NCBI GenBank assembly: GCA_051294375.1
Contig: CM119265.1
Span: 17,776,403-17,840,402 of the forward strand
DNA length: 64,000 nt
Reading direction: 5' to 3'
Source: Paraspadella gotoi
Lineage: Eukaryota; Animalia; Chaetognatha
Positions within the stretch are counted from its first letter, which is position 1. Each line of letters opens with the position of its first letter. Positions 38,346 to 49,865 of the stretch are shown one piece after another. The notes under the pieces were generated by a model that worked only from the letters and a program-made list of their open reading frames with translations, had not been told where the DNA came from and did no database searches. The position numbers were made by a program, and so were the translations under genes.

Positions 38346-39010
38346 CCTCCTCCATTTGTTGTTTCTTTCTGTTCGTCTCGATCAGTTCCTTTGTTTCTTC
38401 AACTTTCCGTCGCTCGCCAAGTCTTTTGTTTTCATTTTAACTTTTCGCCCGGTTCCCGCGGAAATGAGAAATCTGCGCGACCGGGTGCGCATTGCCGCGC
38501 TCGCTCCAGAACTGAATAAAAGGGCGAGGAAATGACGCGTACGATTCTCAGATGGAGAGAATGAATCTCTCCGATATAATAAATCGATAATGAATAATGA
38601 ATTACACAGCTTTTGATAATTATCGTACAGAGCTGATGTAAAAATTCAAACCTCTCGTTTATGAGTCTCCAGCGATCGTCACGTGCCTTTTATTAAAACA
38701 GTGAAGGGTCGGCGATTGTTTGCTTCTCTTTTCTCAGTTTTCCTCTTCTCGCCGAACTTTTTCCCCTTTTACGATCTACTTCCTGCGAATAACTCTTCAC
38801 TAATTTCCCTCCTCCCCTCGTTTTCAAACTCACTCAATCCCCTCCCTCTATTCCTCTCGCTCTCCGTCATCCTTTCTCACTCTCACTCATTCATTTCCTC
38901 TTATAAAAATATTTTACTCTTCGAGGAAAAGTTGAGGTAATAAAGTAAAAAAGAGTAAAACAGTCTCCAGCTCCAGAAGAAGATAAAACTACAATCCAGA
39001 CTTTCTTTGA

Positions 39011-39136
<126 letters not shown>

Positions 39137-40561
39137 TTACGTTCCCTGCCCTTCCTATTTTCCCTTAACGCCGAGAAGGTGGAGATTATTCAAATGTAAA
39201 TTCCCTCTTTTTTTTTTCTGCCCCGGGGCGTTGAGAAGAAGGGGATAGGAGAAGAGAGGTTAAAGGGGTCAGGAAGGAGTCGAAAAGAGGAGAGAAAGGA
39301 GAGAAGAGAAAAGTGAAAAAATGGGTTCTTGACAGAGGAATTAGCGGATCCCTCGTGGGAATTCCTCGTATTTATCGACGTGAATAGGGGAGAAAAGCGA
39401 GAACGAGAAGAGAAAGAAAAGAAAAAAGTTGTTAAAAGGGGAAGCAAAAGCGATAATAATGGAAGTTACGAGCATCGGAAGTACAAAAACAGAACCGAAA
39501 GATGTTCACTATTTAATTCGAATGATTACAAAAATATTAAAAAAGCCGGTTATAATTAGATCTTGTAAATGCAGGTGGCTCGACCAAAAAGATCGCGAAA
39601 GAACAGAAAGGAGGGAATTGGGGTTGAGGCCTGACTTCGGATGGTCTTCTTGAGGGTCAGCGATGAAGTGGGGAGGGGGCGAGGAAAAAACCAAAGCCGA
39701 GGACGAGAACCAAACCTTCAGCCGAAGTGGAGAAGGTCGCGAGCGAAGCCGACCCCGCGAATTGCTCTTATGTTTTCCGATCCGGTCGCCTTTATTTCAT
39801 TCCACTTTCCTTTTTCTTTCGTCGATCCCGGTGGCGACCTCTCGCCAGCGGGAGACGGAATTAAAGCGTCGATGAAGAGAAATGGAATCGAGTCCAAAAT
39901 GGAAAGCGGGAGAAAGAAAGAAGGAAAAGGAGAGTAAGAAAAAGGAAGCGAGACAAGAAGAAAAGAAGGGAACGTAAGAAAAAGTAAGCAGAATGAAGAA
40001 TAGAATAATTTGCCTTCGAATGGATGAGATAAATAACAAAAAAGAATTGAGCCGTTGTAAGGCAAAAAGAATATTATGAATAAGAAAAAAAAAAAACAAC
40101 CGACGTTATTCCCCAAATGACGGACAAAAAATAGCCTTAGAATAGAAGAAAACAGTGCTTTTATTTTGGAAAAAGAAAGAGTAAATGACCATCCAAGGGA
40201 AATAATATCTATTGATTCACTTTCTTAATATTTTTATTCACTATATATTATATAGTATACTACATACCGGTAGATTTTTATTTTCAGTTTTATCTTATAT
40301 ATTTGTATTTTATACCAAGGTTTCATGGGATGACAAAATGAGATTTATAACAAAGTGAAGAAACGGAAGTGTGTAAAAAAGAAAAAAAAAGAAAAGAAGG
40401 AAAAAATAAAACCTGTGACAATCTTAATAAGTTTAAGAAATCTAAGAATTATTAAGAATTATTAAGCCTCGGAAAAGAAATGCGAAGAGAAACGGAAGAA
40501 GCGGAAATTGAAGAAAACTTGAATCTTCTTTTCTTTCTCTTACGAGATGACATTCTCACTC

Positions 40562-40630
<69 letters not shown>

Positions 40631-41745
40631 ATCATGTGTATTTGTTATGAAATATTCAGAAACAGAAGGGCGTGTCGGACCACATTTTTCCCACCACTGT
40701 TATATTATATTATATTATATTATATTATATTATAACTTATAACCGAGATTAAAAACAGCCCGTCGATCGGATTGCAACCTTTTCCGTATTTTGAGGTCGA
40801 TGTTTAAACCATAAAGTACTGCACAGATGCTATTCAAACGCTTGAAATTATTCAACCTGCTCACGCAATTTTACCAGAAAAACACGCGGCCATTGGCCAG
40901 AACGGTTTAATGGTTGAGGTACGGTTTGCATGGTCGTCGGCTGTCAGTGGTCACTGGTAAGTGGTCACGTCTATTTCTAAAATAGAGGAAACGTCACCAT
41001 AAAAAAAAACCTTGAAGATTAANNNNNNNNNNGCTAAAGATCTTTTTTAATGGCGAAGGTCGAAGGTAATATAGGCAATATAGGAAATATAGTTCGAAGG
41101 TAATATAGATAGTGGCGAGGAAATGGTTAATTATCACCTAAATAGTCCATTTAACCCGCGTTAAATTCATCTCTCGCGTCGGTCTCTCGCTCTCTCTCTC
41201 TCACGCTCGGTTAACGCCCTCGACCCTCTTTATTTTCCAGTTGCGCCGCGAGTACTCGGTCGGTCTGTCGGTCGGTCGGTATGTCTTTCCGTCGGTCTGT
41301 CCCACTTACGTTAAAAATGAACATAAGTTGCTCATTTGTTAAGACAGAAAAAAAAAACGCAAATCTAAGGGACTGCTAGCGCCGCCGTCCGGAAATATTA
41401 AAACTATAAAAAATAAAAGACGATTTCCGATGCAGTGCGTGACTTAAAGTTATTGTAGTCATGTTACGTCATGTCATGTCATGTCTCGAGAAATACACGT
41501 GAAAATAAAGTCACTTCGGCACAAACACATGGAATTACCGTTCTTGTTCAATCATATTTCTCCCGCTTGGTTCAATTTCCCTACGTTGATAATTTATTGT
41601 ATTTTGTATTGTATACATTATATTTATTGTACGATGTATATATGTACAAGGAGCGTTGTCAAATAATTTTCAACGATTCTCAGCCTACTTCGAATCCTCA
41701 TTCGCCACTTTCCAATTTAAGGCCGTGATGAAAACTTAACAAGGT

Positions 41746-42438
41746 TTTTAAATCTTCCTCGCTCTCTCCACTCGCGAGGTTTAAACCTACTTTTTGTAAG
41801 GGGCACGGATTCGAAATGAGATCGTTAGGACTCTACCGCCGGGGGAAGGTAAAGGAAGGAGGTAAGGAGGTAAGGAACCAGGCGGGAAGTGGGGGCGGGT
41901 TCCGCCTGCCTCCGCAGAGAACTCACCGCGCCTCGTTTTCCCGGAAATAAAAAACGACCTGAGACTCTCAGTGAGAGCCGAAATCTTTTCTGGTCTTCTT
42001 TTAGGTATAATTAACTCGGTCGCACTGGGTAAGGGTAGTTTTAAGGATTTGGAGGGATGGTAGAGAAAAGAAANNNNNNNNNNTTTAAATCTTCCTCGCT
42101 CTCTCCACTCGCGAGGTTTAAACCTACTTTTTGTAAGGGGCACGGATTCGAAATGAGATCGTTAGGACTCTACCGCCGGGGGAAGGTAAAGGAAGGAGGT
42201 AAGGAGGTAAGGAACCAGGCGGGAAGTGGGGGCGGGTTCCGCCTGCCTCCGCAGAGAACTCACCGCGCCTCGTTTTCCCGGAAATAAAAAACGACCTGAG
42301 ACTCTCAGGTCTCAGGTCTCTCAGGTCTCAGGTCAGTGAGAGCCGAAATCTTTTCTGGTCTTCTTTTAGGTATAATTAACTCGGTCGCACTGGGTAAGGG
42401 TAGTTTTAAGGATTTGGAGGTATGGTAGAGAAAAGAAA
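41746..42438 (+). repeat. Tandem ~330-bp duplication across a 10-N gap (probably two haplotypes)
   Basis: 41746-42073 and 42084-42438 are the same apart from a 28-nt insertion (42309-42336) and one visible substitution (GGAGGGATGG vs GGAGGTATGG). Confidence 0.9.
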
Positions 42439-43263
42439 ATTGTTTGATGAAATATTGCAAAGCCATAATATAAAATCGGAAATTAGCAATTAAATTACCG
42501 GGCTAACTTTATCTTAATCTTTTCGCGTTGCAATGGCTGCTAAGCACCGTTTTGCGTTAATGACGCTTAATTTTGTCGCCCCGTGAAACTGAAAAAAACG
42601 AAGAGACAATGGGCCGATTGAGCCATGGAAGCGGCGCTCTCTCGGGACCCCACTAGCGCCGCCGCTCGGGCCTCTCAATTTATGCCGGAGTTTTTTAGCT
42701 CGAAAGGCTAATTGAGTTCGTTCTCGAACCCCGAGGTCCGAACGGCTCCAAAGGCCGATGCCAATCGTTTGTCACCCGGCAGTCGTTTTCCCCCGGGCTA
42801 AGGAGCCAATTAATATCGGACTTTTTTTTTTCAGGGATTTTTTTTGTAAAATTCACTATTTTTTCCTATTTTTTTCTGGTTATTTGCTTGGCAGCTTCCG
42901 TATTGAACCGACGAAAAGTCTGAAGACGACGGGACCCCGAAGTAAAGAAATGTTAATACGTGGAAATAAAGTTTAACAATTTGGCGCCGAGCGACTCAGG
43001 TCAGCGGGAAAAGAAAGAGAGATTTATTGAAAGCTTTGCTGACAACTCATTTGATTTAAATATCTCGTGCGTTTTCTTTTTTTCTTTCTTTCTTTCATTT
43101 TCTTGGTCTCTTTCCTTTTTCCGTGAGACGTGTCCATTTCTTGCGTCAGATTTATATTGTTTCTCCCGATGAAGCGATCGTCACTCAAGTCTCTCCGTGA
43201 ATCGTGAAAGATATTGGCGACCGAATGACTAAAACATGAGCGGAACATGAGAGCGCGAGGGAT

Positions 43264-43299
<36 letters not shown>

Positions 43300-46200
43300 G
43301 ATGAGATGGACGAGCGAGACGAGAGAGAGAGGAGAGAGTGAGGAGAAGAGAGAGAGAGAGAGAGATAGATATTGTGGGACAAGCGAGGTAACTGGAGGAC
43401 TAAAGGTACATGAGCGAGAGCTTTGAGTTAGTTATTCAGCCGAATAGAAAACCTGGTCTCGTCAAGGGATTATCTCTCTGAACCCTGACTCAATCCTTTG
43501 CCAAATGACGAAACCATGACGCAAGGTCTTTGGGAACAAGGCACTGTGTCACTGTCTAAGGAACGATCGTATCTTATCTGCGGCAGAGAGCGTTAGAGAG
43601 CGAGAGAGGGAAATAAAAATTGAACAAGGAAAAAAAAAGGAAGAGTGGGAGATAGAGAGATGTAGATAGTTAGAGAGAAAGATAGAGAGAAAGAGAGAGA
43701 GAGAGAGAGGGAGAGAGAAAGGTTTCTGATTTCGCTAATAGTTTCACTTTAAAGGGCCTAAAATCGAGGAGGAAAGAAAGGTGGTGATCGATCAAGATTG
43801 ATCGATGACCCGCAGCCATTTGGGGGCCAGGGGGCGGGTGGGGCGCGCACGAAAAGAATAATCAGGGCCGAGGGCTACCTCATACCGTCCCGCCGGAATC
43901 AGCATCTGAAACATTTTAGATTCCAACCTCAAATTTTTGTATGAAATTTAATCTTTAATGAGACGAAGGGGAAATTACCCGTTTTTCTCTGGAGTGGAGT
44001 CAAAACTTTTTGCTCTTCTCTCAACAATTTTAAATGTTTTCCTCATTTACACCAAAAAAAAAAAAAAAATAAGTCCCAAAATAAGTTCTGTAATTTCACG
44101 ACTGACCGGTCCTCATCGCCATAATCTCGTGAAATATGAGCGGCGGAATTTTTCGGAGGCGCCGGATATGAATCGAGGTTCTTGCGAAAACTTATCGCAG
44201 TGCCAGGTTTTCGCCTTTAAGGGTCTGATAAACGTCGATTGGCGAGATTTTCTTACGCCTGACGCCTGATTAATGGTTTCGCCGGTTCCGGTATCGGTAG
44301 AAGCGAAAAGGTGAAGAGTACAAACGGTTTCTCGACTGACCCTCATTCGCGGAAGAAATTGGGAGGCGTGGCGCCCCGGCGACGGTGGCGGGGGGGAAGT
44401 AAAGTGTGAGACGTCGATTGTGGAAACGATTCGAAAAACTTGGCCAATTTTACATCGATTTTTAAGACGATATCGGTATAGTTTTGAACAACTGAAAATA
44501 ACAAGTTTCACGAATTCTAGTTGCCTTCGCTAGAAGTGATCTTCAAAGTCCGTTGGTCGATGGTGTTCGTTCCGATGATTTCTTATCGGTCGCGATTTCT
44601 TTAGAAATCAGAACTGTAAATATTGGTAGGTGATAATGATGCTTGGCAATGGGAGAAGATGCCATCGGTGGAGAGAAAATGAGCGAGTCAGAGAGAGGAA
44701 GAGGAGAGAGAGGAATGGGAGGAAGAGAAAGAGATAGAATGATCTCAGGCTTTATTTGTATATATCTACGTCAGCGGATAATTGATATAAGTGGAAACGG
44801 AGACCTCCCAGATTTGGATCGAGAAAGGAGGGAAGGAAGGAAAGAAGAAAGAAAATAAGAAAGGAAGGAATGCTTAAATCTCATGTCGTTCTTGTCTTGC
44901 GTCACTTCTGTCTAATTTCAGTTCTGCTTTTTATCAGATCTATCTATTTCCGATGTCAGAGATTTACTCTTTCCATTTTTCTCCGACTTTTAGCCTGACC
45001 CGTTCCCCAAGAATTTTTGTTTTAGTTCTTATTACTTTTCTCCGGGCCGTCTTACAAATTACAACGCTTTGACCCTGCCATGTTACAGTGCTTGTCTCCC
45101 TGCCACTGTATCACGCCTCCACCAATTTCAAAATCTTGTTCCGGATGTTTGACCGGAAATTCTCTCTTCTCTCTCCGACCTCCTCCTCTTTCTATTTGCG
45201 GTCCCAATTTGGTCGTTGCGACTCCGAGTCTCCACCTCGGCGCCCCGCCCATCGCCGCGCCACGCCGCGCCACACCACGCCGTGCTGTCCTCTGGCGTCT
45301 ACCGGGGAAGTTCAATGACCGTCTAGATGAGAACTTCGCTGTTTTTATTTCCAAATGTTGGATCAAGCTTTGGCGCATAGGGAAATTGGAGTATCAGTAC
45401 TTCTGTGAAAATCGTACTATAAATGCACTTTTTAAATTTTTATCATCAGTATGTAACGCAAATCACACCAAGCTTTTTTTTTTTAAATATATTTTGAAAA
45501 TTCTAAATTTGAATTTGAATTTTTTAAATTCTTTTGAATTCTATCCCTTCGATTCGGCTTGGCTGTTCTCTAAATCTTCGAAATCTAAAAAATTAATTCG
45601 AATCCCGCAGTCGCAAAGAATTTCTTAATTCTCTCTTGGAACATCAAATTCAGCTCCAGCAGCAAAGAGATTGCTCTCCCTTTGCCTATGAGTATTATCT
45701 TTTTTTTTTCCGCTGCAATCTTTTAATGCACAAAATTTTCGAGGGAATCCTGCTACCTTCTCCTTTTCCATTTCTCCCTCCCCCTAATCTACCGACCCAA
45801 AAAATAAGAGATTCCCCGGGAAAGCGCGAGAGGTTCTCTCTCGGCTTATTTATGCTCGCGCCGGTCCCGACCACTTTCCTTGTACTTTTGTTGTTTTTAT
45901 TTCCGGACTCAGATTCTCGAAGAGTCACTGCTCATACTTGAGAGGTTTACATGGTTCAAAAGTTTTTATATGTATTAAGAAAATATAACGTTTCGGGGGA
46001 AAAAGCCAATAAATCTCGTGACTTCCTGACATCGCAGTAATATTTTCTTTTAAGCTTTATTCACCTTTTTGATCATAAATTTAAATAACAGTGTTCCCTT
46101 ACCTTCATTCACCAATGAAATGCCGTAATAAAAAGAGAATAAAAGGGGAAAAGGAAAAAAAGAAATTTAAATTAGGTCCGTGAGCTTTACTGCTTTACGC

Positions 46201-46707
46201 AACCGGAAAAAAAAATTTTCTTGCAAAAGCCCGGAAAATCAGGTATTAATCCTTTACGGTTGTCATGGAGACCGTGACACGTACACAAACCGCGAGTTGA
46301 TTATGAACCACTACCGCGGAACGACGTAAGAATAATTTAAAACCGAGAGCTGAGGTTAGAAAAGTACATTATGAAAAAAAATATGTGAAAAATTTTCGTG
46401 TCCAAGAGAAAAACCGTATTTTTAACCGGAGATACGATAACATAAAACTGCGAAAGTAATCCCCGGTTTTAAAAATAAAAGGTCGCTGCGGTCCACTCAA
46501 AGACGGTTTGCCAGAAAACAAAAAAAAAAAAAGGAAAACAAGAGCGGAACAAATAGGGGAGGTTAACCGCTCAGCCAGAAGCAACTGTCTGACCCGAGCG
46601 GCGAAAAAACTGAGGGTGGGAGGTTGGGGGCGTAAACCTTTTTGGAGTTCGGATGATACAACTAGATGCTTCAACGTCTGAAGTATTTTTTCATCTTCAT
46701 CATCGTT

Positions 46708-46716
46708 ACCACCACC

Positions 46717-46800
<84 letters not shown>
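46708..46800. repeat. (CAC)n(CAT)n compound microsatellite
   Basis: Seen directly; it generates the poly-D/G and poly-I/T ORFs in the track. Confidence 0.9.
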
Positions 46801-48360
46801 GCCATTGTAGTCCCTCGTCATAATCACCATAATCAGTGTCATTCTCTGCTCGCCATCATCATAATCATTATCCAACAATCAGCAAAAGGGAGGGTCAAAG
46901 CTTTGAGCTATTCCAGTAGGCGTGGCTTCTTTATTCCTCGGAGCATAAAGTCGCGAAAATGGGGCCTTCCTGCTTTGGCGCAAAAATTCCATAGACAAAA
47001 AAAAATTATATATTAAAAAAAAAACAACCAAAAGCAAGAACAACCAGAATAACGGATAACGAGAATCTTGGGTCTTAATAAATGTAGCAGCCATTAAAAC
47101 TAAAACTATATATATTATGTAGTGTACTAGTGTATTCAAAATCAAATGTGTTGTTTTCTCCACAAAAAGAAATTCGAGAGATAGAGAGAGAGAGNNNNNN
47201 NNNNAGAGAGGGGGGGAAAGTGTGTTTCATTGACAAAGACATAATAAATGGTAGACTGACAAAGATAAAAAAGTAAGTTTTAAAAAGAAGCGTCGGAGAG
47301 CAATAAAAAGAAAGAGTGAGAGAGTGACAGAGTTGAAGTAAGGAGTGAAGGGGAGTGAAAGAAAAAACCTAGCTCAGAGTGCTGATCGGTACTGAAACCT
47401 CTGATCCGGCGTTCGCCTGATCCCAACTGTCATGGACTACTCCGACTGGGGCTTGAGGTTGGAGATGTTGTCTTAGCCACATGCCATGAAAGAACCGCAT
47501 TTCCCAATCTTTCGTCGCTCTTGCGGATCTACCAGCCACCTGCTTTATCTTCGGTTTTAAATTTTTGAGGAAGAAACTCTTGGGAAATTAAAAGTTTTTT
47601 CCAGAAAAAAATTTTGATTAACATTACAGTGGAATTCTTAAACATTCAGCCTCCTTAATAGAACATTCTTTTTTTCATCGGTTTCCCACCTTGTTTATTG
47701 GGTCCACAACGGACGTCAAACTCTATTTTCTTTCTCACTTTTCTATCTTCACTTCCTTTTCGAAAGTCTATCTGTTTCTCTCTTCCGTTTCCCTTTTCTT
47801 ATTCTAAGCCAGATTTTTCAAAAAAATCTCTTTTTCCCCACCCCGCCCCAGCTCCAAATTTTTTCTTCTTTTTTTTCTCAGCCCAGTTCCTTTTCCGAGA
47901 AAACGAAATAAATTAGAAATTCAAAAGTGTATTTCGAGTTTTTATCTCGAGACTCAAACTTCAAATCTCTTTCTGGAATCTTGAGGGCGGAGCTAGAACC
48001 AGGCTAAAAAAAAAAAGAAAGAAGAAATAAAGAAACAAAAGTGAAAGAACTGATAAAAAAAGTAGAGCATTAAAGACTTAAGCAATTGTTATATTTGGCT
48101 CCTTCGTTTACAATTAAGAATGAAAGAAGTTAAAATTGCGATCACTAAATTCTGATTTGTTTATTTTCATTTCTTATAATTAAAACTGTAAAAGTGGGGA
48201 CAATAACTAAGCGTGTATGGACCTAGAATTTCCTTTCTTTTCATCTCCTTCCAATCGAGAAAAAAAGTTAAGTGGATTTGAATCGCGGGTTCGAGGGTCG
48301 AAGGGTCAACGGAAGGTTGAAGAGGAAAAGAAGAGACCGGAACGGACACAAAAGAAACCC

Positions 48361-48591
48361 AGTGACGGAGGGAAGGGGGTGGGAGAGAGGGAAGAGGAGC
48401 GGCGGAGAGGAGCAGGGAAGAGGGGTGAAGAACAGGAGCGGAATGTCGTAGGGGTGAGGGGAGAGGAGCAGGACAGAGTGACGGAGGGAAGGGGGTGGAG
48501 AGAGGGAAGAGGAGTTGGGGAGAGGAGTAGGGTCGAGGGGTGAAGAACAGGAGCGGTATGTCGTGGGGGTGAGGGGAGAGGAGCAGGACAG
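48361..48591 (+). repeat. Two-copy ~116-bp G/purine-rich tandem repeat
   Basis: AGTGACGGAGGGAAGGGGGTGG...GGGGTGAGGGGAGAGGAGCAGGACAG occurs at 48361-48477 and 48478-48591 with several substitutions. Confidence 0.88.
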
Positions 48592-49139
48592 AATAACGGG
48601 GTGGGACTTGAAGAGAGGAGCGAAATAGCAGGAGCGAAGTGAGAAGCGGACAAAGCGATTGGAACAGGAGCGAGTAAAGGTCAAGAGGGCAGAAAGGTCT
48701 GAAATTGGACAGAACAAACGAATGATGGTGGTGAGTTGTGATAGCGTCAAGCTTCGACGGGTGGCGCCCGGTAGTTGGAATCTTTAAGGAAAGCAATATA
48801 ATTCTAAACTATGATAAGAGGTGGCGCTGTGGTGGTCAGTAAAAACGCCAGGTTGCGGGATATAATTTAAAAAAAAAAGGAAGTTACGAGAAATTGAGAC
48901 AAATGGCTTCATTGTAAGTAGGACTCATCTCTCGAGGCAACGATTGCAGAAAAAAAGATAATGGAATCCAGCGTCGTGATGCCATCACTGATGCCATCAA
49001 CGACGGCGTTTTTATTCTGAGAGAAAAAAGATAAAAGATTATTACATAATGATAACTAGGATGGGAAGTTTCAAAATCGGGTTCGTAACAGGTGGCGACT
49101 GAGTCGAGAAAACAACAGAAACTCTCTCTCTCTCTCTCT

Positions 49140-49227
<88 letters not shown>

Positions 49228-49794
49228 CTCCTTTCTCTCTCTTTCTCTCTCTATTGACTCGGTCGAGGGCTCATAAAAGACGCATAATAGAGCCGAGAGA
49301 GCAAAAAAGTGGAGAGGGAGAAAGCAGTTGGTCTCAGGTGCGAATGAGTGTCGTCGAGTTTTTTCAGGTAATATGAGAAAGAGAGCAAAGCGACATTTAA
49401 AAAACAAAAAAACCGCTCAGCAGTCCGCACTATTCTACTTGCTCCGATCGTACAATGCGGAAAGCAGGGAGAAGGTTAATACTAAGGCAAGCTGTTGCCG
49501 CGTCGGAAAAAAGAGAAGTTTCTTTAGAAAATAACTGAAAGAGAGGAAACGACGATGAGTAGAAAAACCGAGAGGAGAGGGAGAAATACTGAATCGCTAT
49601 GCGACAAAAGAGGGAACGAGTCAAAGGTGAAACGACGGGGCGAAGATCAAACGCCGCTCGACGAAACGAGACAAAGAAAAACGGGAGCCAATTAGACAAA
49701 GACGCCCATAACTCTGAATCCTGAGCGGGATTCCGTTTCTGGAGTAAAAGCGCAAATGGTCGATTATCTGGGACCCATTAATCCTTCTTGCTCT

Positions 49795-49865
<71 letters not shown>

